NCBI RefSeq assembly: GCF_009914755.1
Contig: NC_060948.1
DNA: 64,000 bases
Source: the human T2T-CHM13v2.0 reference genome, Homo sapiens
Direction: 5' to 3' (one strand)
Shown: piece after piece, positions 26,951-40,835 of the stretch
How positions within the stretch are numbered: the first letter of the stretch is position 1
Layout: every line of letters starts with the position of its first letter
Notes under the pieces: model-generated
What the model saw: the letters and a program-made list of their open reading frames with translations, nothing else
The model's database searches: none
Told to the model about the DNA's origin: nothing
Translations under genes and position numbers: made by a program

Positions 26951-29051
26951 AATTATTCTTCTTACATACTAATTTAAACTACTTAGAGGCTACGGATTGC
27001 TTTTAGATAACTTAATGTTATCTACCATGTTAACATTAACTTTTTTAAAAAAAGTTTCCATTCTAAGACATTCCTTCCAATGACTTTTTTCATTATTACA
27101 TCTATAGTAACACATGTATCCTTTTAGATGATTCCAAATTCTGGACATATGTATCCAACTCCCCATTACAATTTTTTATTTGGTTTCCCATATGTTTCTA
27201 AAATGCAATCCGCTCGAAGAGGTTCTCCTTTTTCTGTCAGTAAATTGCATTACTATTCCTTCAGCTTATCAAATCACATCCGGGGCGTAGGTGTTGTCTC
27301 TTTCCTGCTCCACTTCCTCAAATATCCAATTACCGACACCTGACTATACTAACTCATAAAGAGCTCATAAATCTGTCCACACATATGTTCTGCATTGCCG
27401 TTTTTGTAATATAGAGCACCCACAAAGTTTTTATACAGATAATTTTGAATACTTCCTTACTGTGGTCTATTGTGAAACTTTCTATGCTATAGCCTGTGAG
27501 TTGTTACAAATGTATGCCTTTTGTGATTCTCTAATGGTTTATCAAGTCACAGTGAATATCTCACATAAATGCTAGAAAAGCCAAGTTATGTCAATACTAA
27601 GTCTGTACCCACTAACTACTTAGAAAAAAAAATTAACAAAGCAACCCTTTTCTACTGCAAGTGCTTTTTACTCTCCAAATTTAAGACACATACTCCCTAC
27701 AACAGGCAGCAGAGCCCTCTGTATTTTGTTTGTTTGTTTGTTTATTACAATCCTTTAATATTATCCCACCTGGACTGTTTATTCAGTACTGTATTTTCAA
27801 AATCATAATTAGGAGGGATTCAAAATACTTTATCTGAAATTCGAAAAGCTCAAGTAAGCAAGGCTTTTAAAAATAAGGTTGTTATGTAACTCAATTTCTG
27901 ATGTAATAAAGACTTAATTGAGGGAAGCTATTTAAGTCTTCACCCATAAAGGGAATATTCATTTCTCGTCATAGAAACATTAGTATGTTTCATTCTTGGG
28001 TACTTTGGGGGCCTTACAGGGAATGGTACACGATGCGATGCAACTGTGTTGACTCAGTTTTCTCAAATTTTAAAAATTCCTAATACCTAAAACACACTGC
28101 CTAAATGCCTTAAGATGTATAAATGTATAATGAACTTCCTCAATTAAAATTAAACTTAGGTTATATTATAAACCAATCATGGGTTTTGTAAAAGCAACTA
28201 AAATCTCAAGTTAAATTGTGCAAGACAAAATTTTTGTGAGTTCTTGAGTATGATACTTTTACATTCAAAATAATTATTGTGTTTATGTTTGTATAATATA
28301 TGCTCCTACTCTACTAAAAGTATCCCAGCATCTCAGAGGTAGTCAGGCAAGGCTGAGGAAAAGAAAGCACAGAGATCGTTAGAGCAGGAAGAGTAAAGGG
28401 TAAAATGTATTTCCTCTTGAAGGTAAATATTAATAATACAAATAACACTTTCATTACAGGAATGTGTGACCATAGAAATTAGTTTTGATAGGAAAATATT
28501 TGTAATTTAAACAAATTACTTAAAATGATCTGCTAATTGTCTGAGTCATTCATATAAATATGACCTAATATTTATCAATATCACTGAGATATTATCTAGT
28601 AATTAAATTTTAAATAGATCCATAAATTAGTAATTTTGAAATGTTGCACTAACATTGAATACAGTACAAATATTTTTGTTGTACGTTTCTGACAATCTAT
28701 CCATGCCTTTAGGACTACTGTGCAATAGGCTGATGTGAGGAAAATCAGACTACCCTAAGAGACATTTACTTAAACCTGCATTTCTTAATTTATGCTAATA
28801 GCAACAAAAATTTTAAGTGAATTATTTATTTACATTATCACCAAATTTCTTTTTCTTTATTTTAACAAAAGCATACATATGCGCTAAGTTTCTCATAGAT
28901 GTCATTTTTAAACCTGAAAAGCAAAACAACTAATTGGTATCCCCTAAGGATGTGGATACCTTTCCCAAGTTCTAGAAATTCTGATTTAGATAGTGTGGGA
29001 TATGACCTGGAAGTTAGTACTTTTCAAAAAGCAACATTAAGAGATAACATC

Positions 29052-29384
<333 letters not shown>

Positions 29385-29651
29385 TCAATCGGGCACAATA
29401 TCTAATCTTAAAGATTACCAGAAAAATAAAACAAATGCATAAATAACCTAAGAATACATGAAATACATTAAAGTTACACAGATTTGCTATGCATTTTTAT
29501 ATATATATATATATGTATCTATATGTATATATGTATATGGAATATTGCCTGTACTTTAGGACACATTACATGTAATAACTTGATTAAAAAATGATTCTCA
29601 TTTTATATTTAAAAATAAAAACATCATTGATATAACATGAAAATGTCTTAC

Positions 29652-29783
29652 CTAAACTGGCATACATTACAAACAGGTAAATACATTTCTGTAAATAAAA
29701 TCCCTATGATCTGAATCTTTTCTTCTAAGGACGTTAGGTACTCCTCTTAGTAACTGATCACTCTTGCTCAAGTTGTTGCATTT
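29652..29783 (-). pseudogene. USP9Y: USP9-like exon
   Basis: NLSKSDQLLRGVPNVLRRKDSDH / LFVMYASLG versus [23 protein letters not shown] / LFVMYANLG; CACAG| and |GTAAG boundaries intact. Confidence 0.88.
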
Positions 29784-30413
29784 CTGTGAAAAAGAAGTAT
29801 TCATTGGTGTAATAGAATCAAGATTACAAAACAGCTTCTATTTGAATAAAAAGAGTCTCGTTCTTATAAAGAGCAAACATCTAACAAAGAAAATGATTAA
29901 ATACAATTCCTCTTTGAGAGAGAAAATAAAGAGCTGTGGTAAATTTTATTGTATATTTTTATGCTGCTATAATTAAAACAACAACAACACTTCCACAACT
30001 TCAATAGAATAATTTAAACCATTTAGTGATTTATATTATCAGTAATTTTAATTTTCTATTACAGTTTTCTTACTAAAATACCTTTCAATTTAACCAGTAG
30101 AAAAGTAAATTTAAGAAAATATAAACTTCAGTGATTTCCTAAATAATTGTGAATATTCAATACACAAAATAATTTAATCTTGTTTTTCAGAGGGCTGAGA
30201 AATCACTATTTATTACCATAAAATAATTTTTAAAACTCACAGGTGTTATAATATATGTAAGCATGCATTTGTGTATGGCAAAGACATCAAATAGAATCAT
30301 ATAAATTTTCTGATTTGAATTTGCAGACAACAGAATTTACATCTAAGTATATAATTACTCCAAAAAACAAAACAAAACAAAACTAACAGCTGTGCAATTA
30401 CCTGACTAGAAAG

Positions 30414-31110
30414 TGATAGAGCAGGAGCACCTTCATCTTGAACAAATACTGCCACATTAACTTCCAGCTCTCTTTTTAGCCTCATGCATTTCAAGGAAAT
30501 CACTTCTCTTCTTACTACAAATAATAAGCACATTCCTTTCCCTTCAGGTGCACTAAGATACGGAAGCTAGAAGCAGACATGGGGGACATGCCTGCAACTC
30601 TAGAAAGCTGTATGAAAACAGACACACAACACTCTCTGTCAGATAACCACAACAAAGAGACACAGAGGCAGTCCAACCCTCTGATAAGCACTGTGAGACT
30701 GAATCACGGAATACTCTTAGTCTGTTAACAGAGTGTGGCTCTGACTTAACCTGGCCAGCCGCCCCTCTCACACTGATTAAAAATAAACCTGTCCCTGTTG
30801 ACTGTCAAGCTACCCTTCAGGTTTCTCTCCTCTTTCTTTAATCCTTACATTGGTTGCTGATACCCAGGACCGGTATTGGTGGCAGAGGCTCCCTTACATC
30901 CCAGGAAGCTGTGGGCAATGGCAGCTTATCCTAAGCAAACTCCTGGATCCTGAGAGTCTCTGGCCACCTGCCCCATCTTTTTGCTCATTTTACTCTTCAA
31001 GCGATTTGTGTGAGAAGGACAACTGACCTGAAGGAAACTGCAAGGCTCAGGCCAGGGCTCTAAATCCCTCAAGTCTCAGGAATCCACCCCTAACACTGGC
31101 TCCCTCTTTC

Positions 31111-31166
<56 letters not shown>

Positions 31167-31560
31167 CTCTTACTCTCTGTTCCTCATATATCGCTAGTCT
31201 GGCAGTCCCTTTGCCAATTCCAACTGGAATATCCAAAAGACAACACTAATTCAGCCATCTGGTAAGATCTGCCTTTTCCTGCCTTTCTCGTGGTACCATA
31301 GAAAGTCCAGACTGCTGTCCACTTCCTCAAAGGACCAATGGGATAAGCTCAAGGAAATCGTGGGGACATGAAGTGCTTTCCCAGCATAAGTGTCCTCTTT
31401 CAGAAGGAGGATTCCGGGTCTCTGTCTATTGTCTGGGGACATCTAGTACAAAACAGAGCTATCGTAAAATACCTTTATAGCAAATGCAGCTTCCAACAAA
31501 CATTAATAGTTAAGTATGTGAATGTACAAATTTATCATTCAGTTGTACACATAGGAAAGG
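30414..31560 (+). mobile_element. ERV1 LTR (LTR19/HERV-F-like, 30414-30849) with a tRNA-Phe-like primer binding site (PBS) and truncated internal leader
   Basis: TG..CA ends, tgatagagcaggagcacc..catcttg start, aataaa near 30782; tggttgctgatacccagga resembles the Phe PBS TGGTGCCGAAACCCGGGA; (CT)n in the leader. Confidence 0.75.
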
Positions 31561-31794
31561 TTTAGTATTACTGACATTTACAAGAAAAACAGACAAACAA
31601 ACAAACTTAACAGGTTTTACATTAACGTAAAAATTGCCAAAAGTATATTATAACATGTATTATAAAAGTATTATAACATGTAACTGAAAGTGCTAAACAT
31701 AAATTTTCATGCAAGGTGTATAAAAACAGTAAAAAGTTAAAAATTGTAAGAAGACATAAAAATGTACATTTTGATTAAAAATGTAAAAATAGGT

Positions 31795-33290
31795 TTCGGG
31801 AGACACTGAGCTAGCTTGAAGAGTTTTTTTTTTTTTTCATACCCCAGTGGCACCTGAAATGTCAGAAAGAAAGAACCATTCACTCCCTTGAATTGGGTGA
31901 AGCCATGGAGCCAAGTGGTCTAGCTCAGTGGATGTCACCCCTATGGAGTCTAGCAAGCTAAAATCCACTGCCTCGAAATTCTTGCTGCCAGCACAGTAGT
32001 CTGAAGCCAACCTGGAATGCTTGAGATTGGTGGGGACAGGGATGTCCACCATTACTGAGGCTTGAGTAGGTGGTTTTTCCCTTTACAGTATAAACAAAGC
32101 CACTGGGAAGTCACCGCAGCTCAGCAAAGCTGCTGTAGCCAGACTGCCTACCTAGATTCCTCCTCTTTGGTCAGAGCATCTCTGAAAGAATGGCAGCAGC
32201 CCCAGTTAGGGGCTTATAGACAAAATTTCCAACTCCCTGAAACAGAGCCCCTGGGGGAAAGGGTGGCTGTAGGTACAGCTTCAGCAGACTTAAACCTTCC
32301 TTCCTGCTGGCTCTGAAGAGAGCTGCAGATCTCCAAAAGACTGCCTCCTCAAGTGGGTCCATGAAGCTCATGACTCTTGATGAGGAGACACCTCCCAGCA
32401 GGGATTGACAAGCACATCATAGAGGAGTGCTCTGGCTGGCACCTGGCAGGTGCCCCTCTGGGATGAAGCTTTCAGAGGAAGGAACAGGCAGCAATCTTTG
32501 CTTTTCTGCATCCTCTGATAGTGATACACAGGCAAAAATGGTCAGAAGTGGACTGCCAGCAAAGTCCAGCACACCTGCAGCAGAAGGGCCTGATTGTTAG
32601 AAGGAAAACTAACAACAGAAAGGCATAGTATCAACATCTACTAAAAGGATTTCCTCTCTATATAGGAATACACATATATACTACATATTCAAGTTTTATT
32701 TTATATATATAAATTTATATATATATAATGTTATATATATATATTGAATATATATATATTCAAAGGTCACCAACATCAAAGAATGAAGGCACATAAATGA
32801 ACAAAGATGAAAAAAGAAATCGCAAAAAGGCTGAAAATTCCAAAAACGAGAACACCTCTTCTCTTCCAAAGGATCACAACTCCTCGCCAGCAAGAAAACA
32901 GAACTGAATAGAGAATGAGTTTGAGGAATTGATGGAAGTAGGTTTCAGAAAGTGGGTAATAACAAACTCTTCCGAGCAAGAAAGAAAGTTCTAACCCAAT
33001 GCCAGGAAGCTAAAAACCTCAAAAAAAGGTCAGGGGAATTGCTAACTGGAATAAAGAGTTAAAGGAAAAACATAAATAACATGATGGAGATGAAAAACAC
33101 AGCACAAAGACTGCATGAAGCATACACAAGTATCAATAGCCAAATCGATGAAGTGGAAGAAAGGATATCAAAGACTGAAGATCAATTTAATGCAACGAAG
33201 CATGAAGAAAAGGATAGAGAAAAAGGAATAAAAAGGAACAAACAATGTCTCCAAGAAATATGGGACTATTTGAAAAGACTAAACCTACTT
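31795..33290 (+). mobile_element. L1PA (older) 5'UTR and ORF1 fragment, truncated at an Alu
   Basis: cataccccagtggcacctg, ccattactgaggcttgagtagg, ORF1-like [46 protein letters not shown]. Confidence 0.92.
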
Positions 33291-33294
33291 TGTT

Positions 33295-33590
33295 TGTTAG
33301 TTTGTTTGAGATGGAGTCTTGCTCTATCGCCCAAGCTGGAGTGCAGGGGAGCGATCTCGGCTCACTGCAACCTCCTCCTCCCAGGTTCAAGGGATTCTCC
33401 TGCTTCAGCCTCCTGAGTAGCTGGCATTAAAGGCATGTACCATCATGCCGGGGTAAGTTTTGTAATATTAGGAGAGACAGAGTTTCGCCATATTGCCAAA
33501 GCTGGTCTTTGACTCCTGGCCTCAAGTGATCTGCAGACCTCAGACTCTCAAAGTGCTGAGATTAGAGTCATGAGCTACCATGCCCAGCCC
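33295..33590 (-). mobile_element. Alu (S-like)
   Basis: gagatggagtcttgctct...ctcactgcaacctc...accatgcccagcc. Confidence 0.92.
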
Positions 33591-33814
33591 AATTTCAACT
33601 TGTTTTATAAAATTTCTGTGACATCCTCCACCTTCCCTTCACCCACAAAATGTTAGAATTCCAAAATAGGGGCCTTTGAAGAATCTCCAAGGAACACTTG
33701 TCCCAGGGACCCTGAGGAGGTAGCTACTCAGAATTAGATGACAGATTACACTGGGAAATTGAGGACAAGAAGAGAACCTAGGATAGTTTCCAAATGTCTA
33801 GCTGAGGGGAACAA

Positions 33815-34300
33815 ACAGAATGTGGCCTCTCTTCTAAGATGCCCTGATCCCAATCTGTAAAACTTGTGAGTATGTTAGGGCTCATGACAAAGACAAATTA
33901 CGGTTGCTCATCAGTTGACCTTAAGATAGGAAGATTGCCCAGGATGATCCACCTTGATCAATGCCATTAAAATGGCCTTAAAGGTAGAAGATGGAAGCAA
34001 AAGAGGAAAGTCAGGAGGAAGTCACAGAAGAATGGAAAAGCAATGTGATATTGATGGCTTTGAAAACAGAGGATGGGGCTATAGCTAAGGAATGCAGGAG
34101 GCCCCTAGAAGCTAGAAAGTACAAGGAAACAAATTCTCCTCTAGAGCATCCAAGAGGGACACAGTCCTGAGCACACTTAGATTGTAGCCCAACAAGTACC
34201 TGTGTTGCACTCCTGTGCCACAGAAGTGTAAGATGATACACTTGTCTAAGCCACTAAATTTGTAATAATTTGTTACAGTGGCAGTAGGAAACTAAAATAG
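33815..34300 (+). mobile_element. MaLR LTR (MLT1C/D-like)
   Basis: gaccttaagatagg, aaggaatgcaggaggcccctagaagctagaaa, aagccactaaatttgt..taatttgttacag..gcagtaggaaact. Confidence 0.8.
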
Positions 34301-35105
34301 GCCAAAGCCAGAAAAACCTGTAGATATGAGAGAAAAGGAAGGAAACTCAAGGAAGTGTCAGCAAATGAGTAGAAGGCACATTATCTTAAGAGACTGGGGA
34401 CAAAGGGAGTTCATCTGCCGGGGGAATGCGTTTCAAAGCACTGTAGATAAGTTGTTGCACAGAGGCAATGAGGCATCAAGGTGAAGATATCTGCAGCAAT
34501 ATGGAAATGAGAGTGTGAGAAAGGGGTGGTTCCTCTCCACTGTGTATCCCCACCACTAATACAGAAATTGGTACACAGCAAGTGTTCAATGCTGGCTGAA
34601 TGGTACTGGAGGGTAGTGGCATAGCCTGCAGCATAGACAGTGCTGAAATGCAAGAATGACAGACATGGCAAGATTTCAGTGTTAAGTAGACTCAACAGAG
34701 CAAAGAGCCTTCTGAAACTTCTCATGCTGATGTCTCAGGGGTTTCAGAGGCTCCATGATGAAGTTTATGTTCAGGTGGTCGACAGCAACTTTGTGAGAAG
34801 TTACTGAAGTTTTTTAAGTTACCTATGAAGAAATCCTGCATAACAAGAAACTGGGCTTGCTGGCTGATGAGAGGGAGCCAGGACCCTTATTTGCGACGGA
34901 AACAGCAGCTGTCTCTGATAGGTGGGCAACCTGGTCTTTGACAGGGAGAAGTCTAAAGAAATCAACTTGGTGATATGAGGAGATCTCCCAATACCTTAAC
35001 TTTAAGGAGTCTACATACACTAACTAGTAATCAACATACGCATGGGACCAGACATCAGTGAGTATAGAATCAAAAGGCTAAAAGGCCTCCAGTGAGTGGA
35101 AGTAT

Positions 35106-35106
<1 letters not shown>

Positions 35107-35192
<86 letters not shown>
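35107..35192. repeat. Compound (CA)n(TA)n microsatellite
   Basis: Directly visible. Confidence 0.95.
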
Positions 35193-35193
<1 letters not shown>

Positions 35194-36654
35194 ATCTCAG
35201 GCTTTGGGGTTGACCGTAACTTAGTCTAGCTAAGCATTTAAATCAATAACTTGAATGAAGACAATTTATCACATTTAAAAATAACACCAAGGGTTTATTT
35301 ATTAGAATTCACTAGAAGGCAGAAATTAGGATTCAAAATGATCTCTGTGGCTAAGAGAGTGGAATGCAATTAACAAGATAGAAGTTAAGCAAATAGTAAA
35401 GAAAGCCCTGTGCTTTGGATTAGAAATCAACTGTACAACAATAGGACAAGGGAAACCTAGATTAAGAACAGTTCACCTACATCAAGAAAAGTGTTAACTT
35501 ACTGCAAGCTCTATAAGATATAAAAGTCTGAGAGTTTGGTCAAAAAGCTAAGGCAATTCTAGGTGGTATTAAGAGCAAGATCGGGGAGAATGTTCATGCT
35601 CTCTTAGGGGAAGAAAGTGAGTTCTGGGAATCATATCATCTTTGTGGAAGAAACTCATTTCTGGAAATCTATCGTAAATTAATCCATAACTCTGACCTGT
35701 GTGTGTTATAGGTGAGGGGAGGGCAAGATTTATGCTGGGGAAAGCTCTGGAAAGAAGACAAAAGCAATTGAAGGAACTGAGGATGTTTAAATGGTGCTGA
35801 GAAGACCTTTTTGGGGTGGAAGGGGAGCGGGGTATGGCATAGTACTATCTTTAAATACAATAAGCTGCCTAATGGAAAAGGAATTTGGCTTGGAATGGCA
35901 AATGAGTTTCTTCTCATGAGTGAAATCTAATCAACTGGTATTGACTGCCATGAACTGGGGTTGAGAAATTTTCTGAGACTAAGTGTGGAAAGAAAAGGGG
36001 AAGAATGCTGTGTAGAAAAGAATGTAGGAAAGAATGCTGTGATCATTTATCCTTGTCTCATATGGATTTCAAGAAATACAGTACCTACCTGAGGCTGAAC
36101 TTGACAGACTTATTCCAAACCGTTACATAGGTCAAGCCCAGGGTTGCTCAGTTGAAGTCACTGAAAACTACAATCTAATGGGTGGCTAGAAGACCACCAG
36201 TGGCAGAGTAAGAGCATGCTTAATGAACTTGGAAGTCCCTGCTCTTAGTTTAATTTGCAGGACAATGCACGACAAAACTCATGGACTGTCGTTCCAAACA
36301 CATCCCTTTTTGTAGCTGGCCTCTGTAGAGACTCTACAGAAGAGCTTCTGGAAAAACTGTTCTTTCCTGCCAACAGCAGTGTTTTCAGTCATCCCATAGA
36401 CCTGGGGTCCCTGATCTAGCATGGTACATGTCTGTTGCAATAAGGAGGGGCAGTTTGAACACTGTTGATAGGTGTCTAATGTGACAATTTTCTGTTAATA
36501 TTATAAGCAATTATCCCACCTTTGGGAGAAGTTATGCTAGTTTTTGAAGAGCATTTTATCTAATTGTATTCATATATTCAACTGTGTGATCAAAAGTGGG
36601 AGTGCGGTCGGGAGTGAGGGGATCTTCAGACACAATCTTTTTATTTGCTTGTTT

Positions 36655-36927
36655 GCTGTTGTTGCCCAAGCTAGAGTGCAATGGTGTGATCTCAACTAAC
36701 TGCAACCTGCACTTCCTCGGATCAAGTGATTCTTCTGCTTCCGACTCCCAGAGAGCTTGGATTACAGATGTTATGCCACCACACCTCGCTAATTTTTTTG
36801 TATTTTTAGTGGAAACCGGGTTTCACCATGTTAGCTAGGCTTGCCTGGAACTCCTGACCTCAAGTCATCCTTGAGCCTCCACCTCCCAAAGTGCTGGGAT
36901 TACAGGTGTGAGCCACCATGCCCAGCC
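36655..36927 (-). mobile_element. Alu (S-like)
   Basis: gttgcccaagctagagtgcaatgg...cccaaagtgctgggattacaggtgtgagccacc. Confidence 0.92.
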
Positions 36928-37737
36928 GATTATTATTACTTTTTCTACAGTGGACTGGTGATACTACCTAACAACATTTACAAGCTATCAACCTACTTTT
37001 AGAACACTGCTTTCATCATTTCATTATCCCATTCAAAAGCCTGGATGCATCTCAACTACAGGATCATGTACTGGTATTCAAAGCAGACTCTCACATTGGT
37101 CATGTCTTTTCTCAGCCCTATTGTTCCACCTCCACTAGAGTTTAGTTGTTTATTGTTTCTTCTTCCCCAAATCCACTTTGACTGTATCCACTTCAGAGCT
37201 ACTATTATTTCTCTCGTCCTGCCTGGAATGTTCTCCCTGATTCTGCCTGCAACTCCTACCTATTTTTTAAAATCCAACTAAGTCTCTCCTCCTCAATTAT
37301 TTCCACCAAAAACCTATAGGTTCTCCACTTCCTAAGAAGTCCTGTCACTCATACTGCCTCTCAAAGACTTTAAGTTTCTCACAGCCAGTGATCAAAATTC
37401 ACTGTACACTTCTTCAATGCTGTGTACAAAGCTGAAACTGATCAAATTTGGTCCTCACAGGACTTAGATACTTTTTCAGGCTTATATTCCCAGCATACAA
37501 CTCTGGACTCAGGGTAGATTCCTCACTGCCCCCAGAAGGGCCTAGATTTTTGTTTGTTTGTTTGGTTGGTTGGTTTTTATTACTTTATTCATTTTTCCCC
37601 ATCCCTGCCATGCTATTCTTTTGACCCACCACCCAAATCCTACGCATCAAGACCCTGAAGAGTTTACACTTTTTCCAAGAGATGATCTGAATCCCTTCCA
37701 TATTCAACCACCTCTCCTTTAAACTCATTACTCAATT

Positions 37738-37822
37738 TATATATATATATCTTACGTAAGATATATATTCATATATATATATATCTTACGTAAGATATAT
37801 ATTCATATATATATATATATAT
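37738..37822. repeat. AT-rich tandem repeat with two copies of a perfect 26-bp palindrome
   Basis: atatatatcttacgtaagatatatat at 37743-37768 and 37777-37802. Confidence 0.92.
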
Positions 37823-37994
37823 TTCTTAGCTCTTGCTCAATTATCTGGCTGTAACGTGTTCATTATTGCTTCTGAGAGGTTCGGTTGCTTTTCTTTTTAT
37901 TTACATGTAAACATTATGAGGTCAGGCTCGCCTTTCCTCACAATACACAATGGTGGCTACTCAAAAACATTTAGCTTTGTGGATCTCTACCCTA

Positions 37995-38186
37995 AGCCAT
38001 CTTGCTTCCAAGAGTTCATCTGGCAATGTCTGGGGACACTTTTGGTTGTCTCGCTTGGAAGAGAAGGTACTATTGAAAAAATAGAGACCAAGGATACAGC
38101 TGAATCTACAAAGCACAGGACAGCCTCCCAAAACAAAGAATCTGCCGGCTCCAAAAGGCAACAGTGGCTCCATTAAGAAACCCTGG
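37995..38186 (+). mobile_element. MER20 (hAT-Charlie) DNA transposon
   Basis: ctggcaatgtctggggacactttggttgtc...gcacaggacagcc...aaagaat...agaaaccctg. Confidence 0.8.
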
Positions 38187-38239
38187 GTCAGCTGAATATT
38201 TGGCTGTTAACCACCAAAGCAAAGACCCCAGGAGGGCAG

Positions 38240-38700
38240 AAACTTGCAGCTGGAAGTTCTCAGTGAGTGGATGAGCCGGCCAGGGCGTGGCAGATCTGAT
38301 AGGGCTACCCGAGGGAGGGGTGGAGATATAGCACCAGCCTGTACCGTCAGGCAGGGCCAGTGAACTCCCACAGGGATTCAAAATGCCTGTTTCGACTCAC
38401 TCCATCCTCTACCTGAAGCGACAGGCCAAGGAGGGAAAGACAATCTCAGTCCCGCTGTGAAGACCGGCACCCGGCTGCTTCAGCCGAGAGCCCCGGGGGC
38501 AGATTTTTGGATACCCTGGATATGCTCCCTCGAGATAGGGGTGGAGATTCTGGCCGGTGCTAGGCCACCAAATGCATGTGCCATGTATCTTCAGACCAGG
38601 AAGACTGTACTAAGTAGGTCCCCAAGAGGGGCAGGATGCAATGCGACAGCTGTAATCTCGCGTTGTTTTTCAGTCGTTCACCTTCCCTCTACCCCCCAAG
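38240..38700. promoter_or_regulatory. Decayed GC-rich bidirectional promoter and first exons homologous to the TRAPPC2/OFD1 head-to-head region
   Basis: Locally GC/CpG-rich island directly upstream of OFD1-like exon 2; probable exon-1 donor gtagg at 38614; OFD1 and TRAPPC2 are head-to-head on Xp22.2. Confidence 0.6.
38243..38380 (-). pseudogene. TRAPPC2: Probable TRAPPC2 (SEDL) 5'UTR exon homolog; no TRAPPC2 coding exons seen
   Basis: Minus strand CAGGCTGGTGCTATATCTCC..CTCGGGTAGCCCTATCAGATC..CCCTGGCCGGCTCATCCACT resembles the recalled TRAPPC2 5'UTR; position and orientation fit. Confidence 0.5.
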
Positions 38701-38726
38701 TAACCTGTAACCATTTTGTCTTCTAA

Positions 38727-38820
38727 TCCAACTAGCTCCCCATGTCTGTTGAGTCAAGATGAGCTGCCCAAAAAGCTAGATGAAATGTTGATGAATGTGG
38801 GTGTACTGGGCACACTCAAA
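38727..38820 (+). pseudogene. OFD1: OFD1-like exon 2
   Basis: LSQDELPKKLDEMLMNVGVLGTLK versus [24 protein letters not shown]; donor gtatcg. Confidence 0.85.
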
Positions 38821-39869
38821 GTATCGGATTTAGATTTATCTGTTCCATAACTTTTAGAAGTCTAACCTGTAATAGGTAGTTCACATTTAAATTCATCCAA
38901 TGATTGGGTTTCAAAACTCTACCCTGAAACATTACGGTCTCTTTGAAACCATTGAGAAAATGTTACATTTGAGTCGACTTAAAGGAGAATGTTCGAATAA
39001 TTAATTGAGCTGCCAGTAAGACAGGAGCAGAAAGCATTTATATAATGAACACATTTTAGTAAGAATAGGCCTCTTTTATAAATCTGGTTTACAGGTTCCT
39101 AAACTAACAAGTGGGTTTGTAATGCGTTTGGATGTGGGACATTGGCAACATATAGATAAAACTAGTGTTCTAATAGTTCAACTGGAGAATGAACACTTTC
39201 ATCTTTAAACTATATTGATATGCCTGAATATTTCATTTGGGCAGCAAATATTTGTTAGTATACTTTATATTTGGATTAACAGCTAGGAACAGGATTAGCT
39301 CAACGTGTTTTCATTGCAATATGCATTCCATAAGCATATTTTACATTTAAAATATGTAGATATATACTGTGCATATATCCTTTTTAAATATAAGTTATAT
39401 GGTGTGAGCATTTCTCTGTTTCCTTAAAAGTTTCTTGAAATCCTCATTTTTAGTGGCAACAGTCTTATCTTTGGATATTTTTGTAACACACATAGCAGTC
39501 CCTTGTTGTTAAATATTTTGGTTATATTTTGCAACAGTCCATAGAGGTGGGATGAACTAGCAGAATTTTTTCCTATACTTCATATCCCAAGCATAAGCTG
39601 CTGAAATGGACTTCTAGGGAAGTGAAGGAAGAGTCTGCAAATGGGTCTGGCTAACCACCCGTTTCACTTGGAAGCTGAGGAAAGAAACATTTTTGTAGAA
39701 CACACTGACCTTCTTGTCTCATGGGGTACGGCTTGCGTAGGGGAAGATTCCTAATTTCTGGCCATGGATCTAGAAACATTATGGAAAGAAAAGGAAGTTT
39801 TCCAATGAATGTAACACATCTTTGTGTATCTCTACTGAGACAATCCTACTGAAATTATTTTACCTTTTT

Positions 39870-40010
39870 TGACTTCCTTCCTTCCTTCCTTCTTTCCTTT
39901 CTTCCTTCCTTTCTTTCTTGCTTTCTCCTTTCCTCCCCTTCTCCCTCCCTCCCTTTATTCCTTCCTTCCTTCCTTAATTGTTTTCCTTTCTTTCTTCCTT
40001 CCTCCCTTGC
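39870..40010. repeat. (CCTT)-rich pyrimidine tract before exon 3
   Basis: Directly visible. Confidence 0.85.
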
Positions 40011-40013
40011 AAG

Positions 40014-40214
40014 ACACAAATTCAAAACCACCCAATTCATGAGTCGATGCACCCTGTATTGAATGGAGAGTTGCACCCTCTGTCCATTTCACTACAAGGG
40101 AACTCCCTCTTACTAGGAACCCCTAACTCTTTAGTGGCTGATCACTAACAAAGATATGGCTATGCGTCTTCACTTTCTGTTTTCTTTCCAGAAATTGGTT
40201 TAGCAAAAGAAAAG
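40014..40214 (+). pseudogene. OFD1: OFD1-like exon 3 (LisH region)
   Basis: [49 protein letters not shown]; 201 bp, ag/gt intact, TAA at 40146-40148. Confidence 0.93.
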
Positions 40215-40788
40215 GTAACATATTTCCTTTTCTGTTTTTGAACTTTTTATTAACAGTTTTTTTTTTTCAGCTGAGTGTAACATGCTGCATTATAGATAAT
40301 TGCTTTTAAACTAGGTCCACTTCTCATTCCTCTTTGAATTTCCATTGTACCTGCACATAATGCATTTGTTATATAACAAGTGATTACTAAATTTGAAATT
40401 AATTTATTGGTATCACATTTAGTCTTTTGTAAAATTATGATCTACAATCTCTAAATGTTTAAGAGCTCAAATTGATTTATCTATTTTCCATGTTTTTTAA
40501 TAAGACTCTGCCCATCTGTTGAATGTCTGCTCTGAATTTGACACTGTGATAGACACACGACAGATGTTTCGTGTGTTACAGATGAGGAACCAGACTGTGA
40601 AGAGTTGAATCAAGTAACTTAAGTGATGTAATCCTTAAAAATCTGTAAATTTTCCAAATAATAAAGTGACTGTCATTTTATTTTTTAATACATTTCTAAT
40701 TATTTTAACGATATTTCTTCACCATTATGGTTAAACATTTGTCCCAGTTTATTATTTTAAAGGAAGATGCAGCAAACTTTCCCTGTGA

Positions 40789-40789
<1 letters not shown>

Positions 40790-40832
<43 letters not shown>
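40790..40832. repeat. (TG)n microsatellite
   Basis: Directly visible. Confidence 0.95.

Positions 40833-40835
<3 letters not shown>

Noticed and set aside
33081-33416. 111-aa ORF as a gene
   Set aside because: It is an L1 ORF1 fragment running into an antisense Alu
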